Source: Promethearchaeota archaeon (GTDB taxonomy: Archaea; Asgardarchaeota; Lokiarchaeia; Sigyniarchaeales; SOKP01). Taken from it: a stretch of 16,683 nucleotides of DNA. The DNA lies in assembly GCA_029838195.1 (NCBI GenBank), contig JALGVJ010000057.1:1-16683 (forward strand), written 5' to 3'. The number at the start of each line of letters is the position of its first letter. Positions within the stretch are counted from its first letter, which is position 1. Below the pieces are notes generated by a model. That model was given only the letters and a program-made list of their open reading frames with translations, ran no database searches and had not been told where the DNA came from. The position numbers were made by a program, and so were the translations under genes. Positions 1 to 9,195 of the stretch are shown in pieces.

Positions 1-613
1 CAAAAGCTTTTCCCATTTCTTCCGTAATAAAATTATACATTTGAATGGTGATCCAATCCACCATCTCAAGATTCAAATCGCTCAAGAAAAATTCTTCAAT
101 TGAATGATAGTTCAAGGGAGTGATCGTATAAATAATGCTAATGATGGGTTTTTTTGCCCCCATTTCCTTTTTCATCTCATGTAAGGTTTTAATTCCTTCC
201 ATTGCCTTGTCATGAGCGCCCGCACCCCTCTGCTTGTCGTTAATTTCTTTTGGACCATCGATTGAAACCCGGATATTATCAAAACCTGTTTTTATTAATA
301 ATGAAGCATGTTTTTTAAGCAGAGTGCCATTTGTAGGAGTATCTATCGGCGATCCCGTACTTTTGATTAGATGGATGATATCTTCCAACTTTGGATGAAG
401 TAGTGGCTCGCCTCCAAAGAAGCTATAAAAGGGTCTTGCTGGCTTCAATTCTTCGACCAATGCTTTGATCAAATCAAATTCCATTGTTGTGGGTCTCTTG
501 TTTTTGCTCCCATCAATAAAATAGCCATTATTACCCCAAAAATAGCACATCTTGCATCGCAAGTTACACGATTCTGTTAATTGAAGGGTCACGTTTTTGG
601 GTAAAGATATCAT
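1..613 (-). CDS. Radical SAM protein (5' part; continues beyond left edge)
   Basis: Manual translation from ATG at 613: MISLPKNVTLQLTESCNLRCKMCYFWG...FFGGEPLLHP...TPTNGTLL...RVSIDG. Contains CxxxCxxC (CNLRCKMC), GGEP and SIDG motifs; open to the window edge. Not in the ORF track. Confidence 0.93.
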   Translation of the reverse strand, partial: MISLPKNVTLQLTESCNLRCKMCYFWGNNGYFIDGSKNKRPTTMEFDLIKALVEELKPARPFYSFFGGEPLLHPKLEDIIHLIKSTGSPIDTPTNGTLLKKHASLLIKTGFDNIRVSIDGPKEINDKQRGAGAHDKAMEGIKTLHEMKKEMGAKKPIISIIYTITPLNYHSIEEFFLSDLNLEMVDWITIQMYNFITEEMGKAF

Positions 614-637
614 ATGATTAAATAAGACGATGGCTTT

Positions 638-651
638 GATATATAGTTTTT
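638..651 (-). promoter_or_regulatory. Probable BRE/TATA promoter of radical SAM gene (leaderless)
   Basis: Minus strand AAAAAC-TATATAT; the TATA ends about 26 nt before the ATG at 613. Confidence 0.55.
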
Positions 652-696
652 ATTAAAACGGAAATAAATGCGGGTGGTTAATACCAAGATTAATAA

Positions 697-719
697 ATCA
701 TGAAAAAAAGTTTCATGAT
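697..719. promoter_or_regulatory. Palindromic candidate operator upstream of dnaK
   Basis: Perfect 9-bp inverted repeat ATCATGAAA-N5-TTTCATGAT among TATA-like elements in the divergent radical SAM/dnaK intergenic region. Confidence 0.4.
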
Positions 720-820
720 ATATAAAAATTTAAAATTTTTAAATGATATTATTATCTTAAGAAATTGATGTTCACGATTAAAAAATCTAATTAAATCATG
801 GTTATTGGTGAAATGCAATC

Positions 821-2821
821 ATGAGTAAATCGGACAAGCCAAAAAAGAAAGAAAAAATAATAGGAATTGATTTGGGAACCAGTAATAGTGCATGCGCCGT
901 CATGACTGCACTAGGTAAACCGGAGATAATCCCTGCGGCAGAAGGCAGAACACTGGGAGGAAAAGCTTTCCCCTCCTATGTTGCTTTCGACGAAAATGGC
1001 CGAAAACTCGTAGGTGAGCCAGCTCGGCGTCAAGCAGTATCCAATCCTGAGGGCACCGTCACTGCTATTAAGAGAAAAATGGGAACCTCCTATAAAGCAC
1101 GGGTAAAAGTGGGTAAAGAATGGAAAGAATTCACCCCTGAAGAGATAAGCGCTATGATCTTAAAGAAAATCAAAAATGATGCATCTGCTTATCTTGGAGA
1201 GGAGGTTAAAAAAGCAGTAATCACCGTTCCAGCATATTTCAATGATGCTCAGAGAACAGCAACAAAAAACGCGGGAGAGATTGCTGGATTAGAAGTCGTC
1301 CGCATGATAAATGAACCCACTGCGGCTTGCTTAGCTTACGGCTTGGATAAAGAAACGAAAGACAAGCTATGGAAAATTTGTGTCTTGGACTTAGGAGGAG
1401 GAACTTTCGATATTACTTTAATGGAGTACGGAGAAGGTGTCGTGGAAGTTTTATCCACGGCGGGAGACACTCAATTGGGAGGCACGGACATGGATAATGC
1501 CATCATTGACTATATAGTGGAAGAATTCAAGAAAAAGGAGGGAATAGATATTCGAAACGACACGAAAGCCATGATACGAGTGCGTGATGCTGCGGAACGA
1601 GCAAAAATTGAGTTATCGAGCACTCTCACGACTACGATTGATTTGCCCTATCTGAGTCAAAAGGAAGGCAATCCCGTTCACTTACAGATGGAACTTACAC
1701 GAGCTAAATTAGAACAACTCGTAGAACCCATATTAAAGCGATTAGATCCCATCATGCAACGAGCAGTTTCAGATGCTAAACTTTCAGTGACCGATATTGA
1801 TAAAATTATCTTAGTGGGAGGGCCCACGAGAATGCCTTGTGTCCAAGAACGTTTTAGGAGATTCTTTGGAAAGGAACCCGAGCATAGCATCGATCCTATG
1901 GAATGCGTTGCTATTGGCGCTGCCATTCAAGGAGCAATAATAGCCGGTGAGGTAGAGGACTTGCTCCTTCTTGATGTAACTCCCTTATCTCTCGGGGTAG
2001 AAACGTTAGGCGGGGTCTTTACTAAATTAATTGAACGAAATACGACGATCCCCACGGAGAAAAAACAGATTTTTTCCACGGCAACGGACAACCAGCCGGC
2101 AGTTACGATTAACGTGCTTCAAGGTGAGCGAGCCATGGCAAAAGATAATATTTCTCTGGGAATGTTTCACTTGACAGGAATTCCTCCGGCACCGAGAGGT
2201 GTACCTCAAATCGAAGTAAAATTTTCCATTGATGCGGATGGCATCGTTCATGTTACGGCTAAGGACTTAGGCACGGGTAAAGAGACAGGTATCACCGTTA
2301 CGGGAGCGAAAGGGCTAACACCTGAGGAAATCGAAGAAAAGATTCGCATAGCAGAACAATTTGAAGAAGAAGACAAGAAACTGCGAGAAAAAGTGGAGGC
2401 TAAGAATAATGCTGATGCCATGATATATCAAACCAGGAAATTAATGGAGGAAAACAAGGACAAGATATTACCTAATGAAAAAGAAGAAATTGAACGGGCT
2501 ATCAAATCATTAGAAGAAGATATTAAATCTGATGACACACAACGCATCAAGCAAGGTATCGAGAATTTACAAAAATCCATGTATTCTTTTTCCCAACGAA
2601 TTTATTCACAACAAGCCCAAGAACAAGTTTATCAGCAAGCAGCTGAACAAGCCCAACGAGCCGCTCAAGCAGGGATGGGAAGTACCCCTCCCGGTGGAAT
2701 GGGAGCAACTGCCGGCGGAGCAGCAGGTAGTGCGGGAGGCGCAAGTTATAAATCTGAAGCCAAAAAGAAGAAAGAAGACGAGAAAAAGGTAGTAGATGTC
2801 GAATGGGACGAAGATGAATAA
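821..2821 (+). CDS. dnaK: Molecular chaperone DnaK (Hsp70)
   Basis: [55 protein letters not shown] and [14 protein letters not shown] motifs; GGTGA Shine-Dalgarno at 807-811. Confidence 0.99.
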   Translation: MSKSDKPKKKEKIIGIDLGTSNSACAVMTALGKPEIIPAAEGRTLGGKAFPSYVAFDENGRKLVGEPARRQAVSNPEGTVTAIKRKMGTSYKARVKVGKEWKEFTPEEISAMILKKIKNDASAYLGEEVKKAVITVPAYFNDAQRTATKNAGEIAGLEVVRMINEPTAACLAYGLDKETKDKLWKICVLDLGGGTFDITLMEYGEGVVEVLSTAGDTQLGGTDMDNAIIDYIVEEFKKKEGIDIRNDTKAMIRVRDAAERAKIELSSTLTTTIDLPYLSQKEGNPVHLQMELTRAKLEQLVEPILKRLDPIMQRAVSDAKLSVTDIDKIILVGGPTRMPCVQERFRRFFGKEPEHSIDPMECVAIGAAIQGAIIAGEVEDLLLLDVTPLSLGVETLGGVFTKLIERNTTIPTEKKQIFSTATDNQPAVTINVLQGERAMAKDNISLGMFHLTGIPPAPRGVPQIEVKFSIDADGIVHVTAKDLGTGKETGITVTGAKGLTPEEIEEKIRIAEQFEEEDKKLREKVEAKNNADAMIYQTRKLMEENKDKILPNEKEEIERAIKSLEEDIKSDDTQRIKQGIENLQKSMYSFSQRIYSQQAQEQVYQQAAEQAQRAAQAGMGSTPPGGMGATAGGAAGSAGGASYKSEAKKKKEDEKKVVDVEWDEDE

Positions 2822-2832
2822 TCCTAATCCAA

Positions 2833-2890
2833 AAAAATCATGAATTCATTATTTTTAAGGAAAAAATCCTTCTTTTCTTATCTCTTTCAT
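2833..2890 (+). terminator. Putative dnaK terminator region
   Basis: Near-perfect dyad at 2833-2856, then AAGGA-N5-TCCTT (2857-2871), then a pyrimidine/T tract. Confidence 0.4.
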
Positions 2891-3010
2891 ATTTTTATTC
2901 TAGTTTTTGTCTTATAATTTCTCAATGATGCAGAGGTAGCCTGAAAAATTCAAGTTAGATTCAATCAACTAGATAATTTTCCTTAACACAACTTCAAAGA
3001 AAGGATAAGA

Positions 3011-4348
3011 TCAAAAATATAAAACCATGATGATCAAATAGAAAATGCCTATCATTACGTGAAGAAGGGAAAAAATTCCTCCTACTTTAAGCAGTCGCTT
3101 GTAATCCAAATCGGAAACTTTGTTATCCCGGGATATTTGCAGGGTCATCATGTCTGCTGCACTCCCTTGGGGTAAAAAATTTCCTCCCAGATTCACGCCT
3201 AAAATAAAAGCAACCATTAGGGGGCCCTGCTGAAATTCGGGTAATCCAATGAGAATCCCTATAATTGGAATAAAAATTACGGTAATTGGCGTATTGTCCA
3301 AGAATCCACTTGCGATAGAGGTCACGAGCAAGATAATAATGGCTAAAAAGAGTTCATTTTCTCTTGATAAGGTCTCTAACCATCTTTCTAAAATTGCTAG
3401 TGTCCCATTTATTTCCATTAATCCAACAAAGACAAACAAGCACATGAAAAAGAAAATCAATCTATAATCCACTTTTTTTAAATACTCCGAGAGAGAAAGC
3501 TTGATCTTTCCTGAGGGTCGTTTTACAGGATTAATGACAACAAATATTAAGGCTCCGATAATGCCCGCCAGATAAATCTCGGGAATGAAAATTAATAATA
3601 GAATGAATACAATTAATGCCAAGAGATTTTTGTAAAACACCTTATTTTCGACGGACATCTCTTCTAAAATCAACTTTTTCTCCCCCTCTTCTTCAGGAAT
3701 GCACGTCTTATTTTTACATCGTTCAATGTCTTTTTTTAAAATCACGCGATCGAGGATGATCAGCGTGGAGAGGAAAGCGATAATGAAATAAAGGCCAATT
3801 CGAGTTATGAACCACGTAAAATTTAAATCAAAGTGAGTAGCTATAAGGATATTGGGAGCGGAGCCAAATGGTGTGAGAGTCGCTGCCAAGTTGATACATA
3901 CAGTCATTCCTAATAAATAAGGAGCCGGAGTAATTTTTAGTTTCCGACACGCATAAATGATAATTGGGCCAAATATCATGGCGATAGAAAGATCTTCTAT
4001 GATGGAAGCTGTTAGCGTGGAGAGAGTACAGATGATATAAAACAATTTCCGGGGATTATTTTGATACCGATCTACGATGCGCTTGGCAATCTCTTCAAAA
4101 ATGCGCTGTTCTTTCAAAATTTCCACGATAATGAACATGGCAATCAAGAAAAAAATAATATTCCATTCAATTGCCTCAATATAAAATTGGAGTTCTCTGG
4201 TTGCGGGAATGAATAAAGCAGTAAAAAGGGCCGAAATGGTTATTAATAAAATGGAATAGAATACATAATCATGTTCTTCAAAAAAAAGAACGATTACTAA
4301 ACCAATAAAACAAAAAATTACCACTAATTGAAGGAAAAGGCCGCTCAT
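3011..4348 (-). CDS. ArsB/NhaD (ion transporter superfamily, SLC13/CitMHS-like) permease
   Basis: 445 aa, highly hydrophobic, with internally repeated motifs NLAATLTPFGSAPNILI, SGFLDNTP and NLGGNFLPQGSAAD typical of the IT superfamily. Confidence 0.88.
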   Translation of the reverse strand: MSGLFLQLVVIFCFIGLVIVLFFEEHDYVFYSILLITISALFTALFIPATRELQFYIEAIEWNIIFFLIAMFIIVEILKEQRIFEEIAKRIVDRYQNNPRKLFYIICTLSTLTASIIEDLSIAMIFGPIIIYACRKLKITPAPYLLGMTVCINLAATLTPFGSAPNILIATHFDLNFTWFITRIGLYFIIAFLSTLIILDRVILKKDIERCKNKTCIPEEEGEKKLILEEMSVENKVFYKNLLALIVFILLLIFIPEIYLAGIIGALIFVVINPVKRPSGKIKLSLSEYLKKVDYRLIFFFMCLFVFVGLMEINGTLAILERWLETLSRENELFLAIIILLVTSIASGFLDNTPITVIFIPIIGILIGLPEFQQGPLMVAFILGVNLGGNFLPQGSAADMMTLQISRDNKVSDLDYKRLLKVGGIFSLLHVMIGIFYLIIMVLYF

Positions 4349-4371
4349 ACGATTGTTCTAACCTTTATACC

Positions 4372-4386
4372 TATTTAAACCTTTTC
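4372..4386 (-). promoter_or_regulatory. BRE/TATA promoter of transporter gene (leaderless)
   Basis: Minus strand AAAAGG-TTTAAATA ending 24 nt before the ATG at 4348. Confidence 0.65.
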
Positions 4387-4536
4387 ATTTAAATTCCTCA
4401 AGGGATGAGGTTGATTAAAAAGCTCATGAAGAGAGATAAGAAGGGAAGAGAAAGGATTAAATTAAACATTCATTTTTGATTTTTAATATTTAAGTCTTCA
4501 AGACGGACTTTCAAATTAATTAAAAATTGGGAACCC

Positions 4537-5748
4537 ATGTACGATGTACTCATTTCGGGAGCAGGCCCGAGCGGAAATAAGTGTGCAGAAGTATTAGCAA
4601 GAGCTGGATTCAAAGTTGCCTTATTAGAACGGAATTGTAAATGGAGGAAACCGTGTGGAGGGGCGGTAAGTGCGAGGATAATGCAGAAATATTATCCTCA
4701 ATTACGAAAATTTAATTTCTTGCGAATTACGGGAGCATCCCTGTTTTCAGCAAATTATCAAGAGTTAGAATACAATTGGGGTCAACGCGGTACGGACTCT
4801 CTAATCGTGGATAGGCTTGAATTTGATAATTTTTTAAGAAAGGTAGCCGTGGATGCGGGTGCTACTCTTCATGATAATAATTATAGTTTTGATTTTATTT
4901 ATAAAGAAAAGAAGAGAATCGGCGTTAAAACGAAAACTCCTTCGGGAACAAGAGAATATCGGGCAAAAATAATCATTATAGCAGATGGCATGAGTTCAAA
5001 ATTAGCAATGAGATCTGGTCTCAGGGGAAAATGGGATAGAGAAGAGATCGGCATGGCTAAATGCTCCATTCTGGAAGGTCCGAACATTTTGGATAAAAAT
5101 AAGATGTATCTATATTTTAGAGCCTATAAAGGATATGGATGGATTTTTCCTCAAAGTAAAACTCGCGTCAATATTGGTTGCGGAACTTTTGAAGAAGATA
5201 ACCTTCGTCATGATTTAAACCAGATTTACACTGAATTCATGAATGATCCGCATGTAAAACATTTTTTTCCCGCAGAAAATTATAAAAATATTTGGAGTGG
5301 AGCATATCCTTTACCGGCAAGAGGTGTGAAAGAACATTGCCTTTATGGAGATGGCCTAATGATTGTTGGTGATGCAGCTGGTTTCGTATCACCCATTAGC
5401 GGAGAGGGAATTCACGCTGCTATTGTTTCGGGTCAGATTGCGGGAGAAACTGCAGTCCAAGCGTTAGGAGCGGATGATACTAGTAAAAAAATGTTAAAAT
5501 CATATAAAACCCATCCCAATATTAAAAAGATCATTAGAAATTTCAAATTAAAACATTCGATGGTTGAGTTTTTCTATGAAAACAAGGGAATTAACCTTAA
5601 TTCCATGTTTTCCTTAGCAGAAAAGGACGAAGATTTCAGAAACCAAGTAATAAACATGTTTTTCTTTAATCTAACCCCTTCAAAAGAATTTTTTGAAAGA
5701 ATACGGAATTTTAATCAAGAAATAAGAGATGTCTTCCATGAATCATGA
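4537..5748 (+). CDS. Geranylgeranyl reductase family FAD-dependent oxidoreductase
   Basis: ISGAGPSG dinucleotide-binding motif, KPCGG, DRLEFD, IIADG, GYGWIFP (YxWxFP) and VGDAAGFVSPISGEGI. Confidence 0.92.
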   Translation: MYDVLISGAGPSGNKCAEVLARAGFKVALLERNCKWRKPCGGAVSARIMQKYYPQLRKFNFLRITGASLFSANYQELEYNWGQRGTDSLIVDRLEFDNFLRKVAVDAGATLHDNNYSFDFIYKEKKRIGVKTKTPSGTREYRAKIIIIADGMSSKLAMRSGLRGKWDREEIGMAKCSILEGPNILDKNKMYLYFRAYKGYGWIFPQSKTRVNIGCGTFEEDNLRHDLNQIYTEFMNDPHVKHFFPAENYKNIWSGAYPLPARGVKEHCLYGDGLMIVGDAAGFVSPISGEGIHAAIVSGQIAGETAVQALGADDTSKKMLKSYKTHPNIKKIIRNFKLKHSMVEFFYENKGINLNSMFSLAEKDEDFRNQVINMFFFNLTPSKEFFERIRNFNQEIRDVFHES

Positions 5749-5760
5749 TTAAATGGAGGC

Positions 5761-7086
5761 ATGATAATGAACTCTAAAGTATATTTAACAAGCACGAAAA
5801 CTTCAAGTTCAGAAGAATTAATGTGCGCAATCAAGGCGTGTTTTGAACCTTTTGGAGGTCTGTCCCGTTTTTTAAGGGGAGAGATTTTTATTAAAATAAA
5901 TGCTACGACGCTTGATCCAACAGCTATAACTAGTCCAGCAGTTATTCTAGCAATTCTAAAGCTGATAAAAGAGGAAAAAAATGATGAGCATCCCGTTCAT
6001 ATATTTGATAACTCTGCAGTAGGTTTACCTACGAGAGTAGTGTTCAAGATGGGAAGTCTAGCAAAAAAAATTAAAAAATTGGGGGTAAATCCTCTATTTT
6101 TAGATGAACAAGAGCCCATTATAATAGATCTCAAAGGAAGTGCCTTGGACAAGCCCATCCCGTTTCCAAAAATCTTGCATGATAAATTAGTGGAAAATCG
6201 GCAAGAAAATACTTATATTAACATCCCAAAGTTAAAAACCCACCTCCAAACGGGAATTACGGCGTGCCTGAAAAATCAGCATGGCCTTCTCTATGATCTC
6301 GAAAAGATTTATAATCACCATCTCATTGATGAAAAAATTAGTGATCTTTATAGTTTCATTCAACCCGATTTTAATTTGGTTGATGCGACCACGGTGGTAA
6401 ATCATGGGGCAAATTCTTTTTCCCCTGATTGGGAAATTCCCTTAAACTTACTCATTGCCGGGACGGATGGTGTGGCCGTAGATGCCGTGGGAGCAGAACT
6501 TCTTGGCATCCCCTTAGACCATGTAAAATATCTAAAACTCGCACGTGAAAAAAAATTAGGATGTGGGACGTTGGAAAATATTGAAATTTTACCTGATAGA
6601 ACGTTCCTTGAAAATCATCGGATGAAATTGAATGATCAATACTCCAATGTTCCTCTCAAGATGGCAAAAAATTTTCACGTCATCATGGGGAAAGAACATG
6701 CGGGCTGTAGAGCTGGTTGCAGGGGACTTTTAGAATATTTCCACATGATGACCGCAGGCACGGAAATTTCCCCCATCACGTGTATTTGCGGAAAAGGACA
6801 TGATATTTCCCAACTGGAAGGAATAAAAGAACCTATTGTCTTAGCGGGACCCTGTGCAGTCCAAGAATTGAAGGACTATTTTGAATCGCGCCCGGATCGA
6901 AAGGATTTAACCATTGCGTACATAACGGATCATTTTTCCATCAAGGAAATCGTGGGCTCCTTGCGTAAATTATCGAAACTTTCCTTTAAACAATTATCCA
7001 CCATAATGCAAATTGATTTATTTGCTTTAATAACGGGCATGATTGTTGCGAAATGGAAAAGGGCAAGATTTGTAGGAATGTTTTAA
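5761..7086 (+). CDS. DUF362 domain protein with Cys-containing C-terminal extension
   Basis: IFIKIN, PKLKTH...TGITACLKN and DGVAVDA motifs typical of DUF362; C-terminal CRAGC, CICG, GPCA; GGAGG RBS in the 12-nt gap after GGR. Confidence 0.82.
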   Translation: MIMNSKVYLTSTKTSSSEELMCAIKACFEPFGGLSRFLRGEIFIKINATTLDPTAITSPAVILAILKLIKEEKNDEHPVHIFDNSAVGLPTRVVFKMGSLAKKIKKLGVNPLFLDEQEPIIIDLKGSALDKPIPFPKILHDKLVENRQENTYINIPKLKTHLQTGITACLKNQHGLLYDLEKIYNHHLIDEKISDLYSFIQPDFNLVDATTVVNHGANSFSPDWEIPLNLLIAGTDGVAVDAVGAELLGIPLDHVKYLKLAREKKLGCGTLENIEILPDRTFLENHRMKLNDQYSNVPLKMAKNFHVIMGKEHAGCRAGCRGLLEYFHMMTAGTEISPITCICGKGHDISQLEGIKEPIVLAGPCAVQELKDYFESRPDRKDLTIAYITDHFSIKEIVGSLRKLSKLSFKQLSTIMQIDLFALITGMIVAKWKRARFVGMF

Positions 7087-7130
7087 AACACCTCCCCTTG
7101 ATATTATCGAATAATACATGAATAGAGAAG

Positions 7131-7156
7131 AAGGAAGAATTCCTTTAACTTTTTTT
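7131..7156 (+). terminator. Putative terminator of GGR-DUF362 operon
   Basis: AAGGAA-GAA-TTCCTT hairpin followed by T7 at 7150-7156. Confidence 0.4.
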
Positions 7157-7520
7157 CCAATTCACGTGCCAAATTATTAAATAGAAATCGTAAAAAATGG
7201 AACATTTAATATTACGTGAAACCCCTATATTTATTATTCTTTTATTTACCCTCGGTTCCTTGATTCCTGAGAGAGATTTAACGAGTGATAAAGGACATTA
7301 TGAAGCCTTCTTATCAGAACGGACGAAATACCATTCAAACATACGGCATTTCGCTTATAAATGATAAAATTTTTTTCCCTTATAATATTTAAGAGGAGTA
7401 GAGCAGTATTTTACTTTTAATACTTCTTTTAAAATAAGAATATAACAAAAATTTTATTTCAATAAGGATTTTAACTAAATAACTTCTAATTACTATGCAT
7501 AAAAAAAGGCATTCTGAAAA

Positions 7521-8648
7521 ATGAATCGAACCAATAAAAGAGATTACTACGAAGTCCTTGGCGTGAGCAGGGATGCCACGGAAGATGAGATAAAATTAGC
7601 GTATCGAAGATTAGCGAAGAAATTGCATCCGGATGTAAATAAAACAGATCCGAATGCTAAAGAAAAATTTATAGAGCTTCAGGAGGCTTATGAAGTGCTA
7701 TCAGACCCCCAAAAAAGAAGAAATTATGATCAATTTGGATTCAATGGCGTGGACATTGACATGAGTGATTTCTTTAGTGGAGGCATTCCGGGCATTGATG
7801 AATTATTTAAATCGATCTTTGGAGGGGGTTTTGGAGGTTTTGGAGATTTTTTCGGGGGATTTGGTTCCAGAACAAGAGCTCATGCAGCACGGAGAGAAGT
7901 GGGTCAAGACATTGAGGATGAGCTAGAAATTTCCTTTGAAGAGGCAATGTTTGGCGTGAAAAAGGATGTAGAAATTAGACGATACGTTCCATGCGATACT
8001 TGTGAAGGGACTGGAGCAAAAGACAAGACTTCCATTCGGCAATGCTCAGAATGCCATGGGACGGGACGATTTCGAAGAATGAGCCAAACCGGCTTCGGAA
8101 CCATCATCCGAGAAACAGAATGCCCTTATTGTAACGGTACGGGACGCGTGATTAGAGAAAAATGTGAGGCTTGTAAGGGGACAAAAGTAGTGCCGGAAAC
8201 AAAAAAAATTCACGTGAACATTCCGCCTGGAGTAGAAAATGGCGTGCATTTAAAAGTCCAAGGGGCAGGACATGTACCTTCCGTGAATGCGATTCCCGGT
8301 GATCTCTATTTGAAAATTAATATAATTCCTAATAAAAATTTTGAGCGCCATGGAAATGACCTTTATACAAGAGTGGAGGTAGATTTTGTAGACGCTATTT
8401 TAGGCTCAACCATTCAAGTTCCTACTTTAGATTATAAAGAGCAGAAAATTATTTTTAAGGAATTGAAAATTCCCGCTGGTACGCAGCATGGAACGGAATT
8501 CAGGATTAAAAATCATGGGGCCAGTTATTTAAGAGGTAAAGGGAAAGGAGATCAATATGTTATCATTCATGTAAAAATTCCGGAAAAAATATCGAAAAAA
8601 CAGAAAGAACTCTTAATAAAATATAAAGAATTAGAAAATCAAACTTAA
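7521..8648 (+). CDS. dnaJ: Co-chaperone DnaJ (class A Hsp40)
   Basis: J domain with HPD, G/F-rich linker, four CxxCxGx(G/K) repeats ([32 protein letters not shown]) and C-terminal domain. Confidence 0.99.
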   Translation: MNRTNKRDYYEVLGVSRDATEDEIKLAYRRLAKKLHPDVNKTDPNAKEKFIELQEAYEVLSDPQKRRNYDQFGFNGVDIDMSDFFSGGIPGIDELFKSIFGGGFGGFGDFFGGFGSRTRAHAARREVGQDIEDELEISFEEAMFGVKKDVEIRRYVPCDTCEGTGAKDKTSIRQCSECHGTGRFRRMSQTGFGTIIRETECPYCNGTGRVIREKCEACKGTKVVPETKKIHVNIPPGVENGVHLKVQGAGHVPSVNAIPGDLYLKINIIPNKNFERHGNDLYTRVEVDFVDAILGSTIQVPTLDYKEQKIIFKELKIPAGTQHGTEFRIKNHGASYLRGKGKGDQYVIIHVKIPEKISKKQKELLIKYKELENQT

Positions 8649-8655
8649 AGAAGCT

Positions 8656-9118
8656 TTACAACACAGATTTCTTGCCCGTCATTTTGATCATTTTGATTTT
8701 TATTACTATACTTTTTTCTAAAAATTTTTTATCAAGAGGAAGCTTCCTTTTGGAATAATAATATCGCAGGATCACGTTCATGGATTCCATTTTTCTTTAG
8801 GATCTTGCATGAACACGGCTCTTCCCTTACCAATCAGGCTTCTAAATTTTATCCTACTCCGGCAAAGCAAGTTCTCATTTTTAATCTATTCCACATCCGG
8901 TTTCACTTAAAACAAACCTCGTTATTTGATTTCAGGATCTCATTTTCTTCCCTTCGGGAGCCGAATGAATGAATAAAGTATTTTTTTTCATATCCAAAAT
9001 TCACGGGTATGATTTAGGGATGATTGTTTTACGATAATCATGGGCTACATGCTAAAGTTTTTTTCAAAATATCTTCCATAACAAGTTTATCCGTAATTTC
9101 TTTATCCTCTCGTCTCAT
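8656..9118 (-). pseudogene. Decayed NimA-like / pyridoxamine 5'-phosphate oxidase family flavoprotein gene
   Basis: Reconstructed minus-strand translation: MRREDKEITDKLVMEDILKKTLACSP*LS*NNHP*IIPVNFGYEK / NTLFIHSAPEGKK / EILKSNNEVCF / VKPDVE*IKNENLLCRSRIKFRSLIGKGRAVFMQDPKEK / ESMNVILRYYYSKRKLPLDKKFLEKSIVIKIKMIKMTGKKSVL*. Four stops and four frameshifts; follows the family pattern MRRxDxEI...PxNFGY...HSAxEGKK...VCF...RSxIGxG...MTGKKS. Confidence 0.88.
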
Positions 9119-9195
9119 AGTCACTTGTATCCTTCTTCTTCATTCATCAAGCATGTCATCAAAAAATTAAAGAAGATTAAAAATTTTTAGAACTC

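Noticed and set aside
723-741. AT-only palindromes (723-741; also 12388-12401 and 14330-14348)
   Set aside because: Expected by chance in very AT-rich intergenic DNA.
821-860. NLS-like PKKKEK at the DnaK N-terminus
   Set aside because: Lys-rich termini are expected in an AT-rich genome; no evidence of a targeting role.
1678-2792. Short ORFs 1678-1926, 2027-2251, 2532-2792 and 2547-2744
   Set aside because: Shadow frames inside dnaK.
7297-7330. SECIS-like AUGAA...CGAA hairpin downstream of DUF362
   Set aside because: Stem too short and no apical AA motif; does not support selenocysteine recoding.
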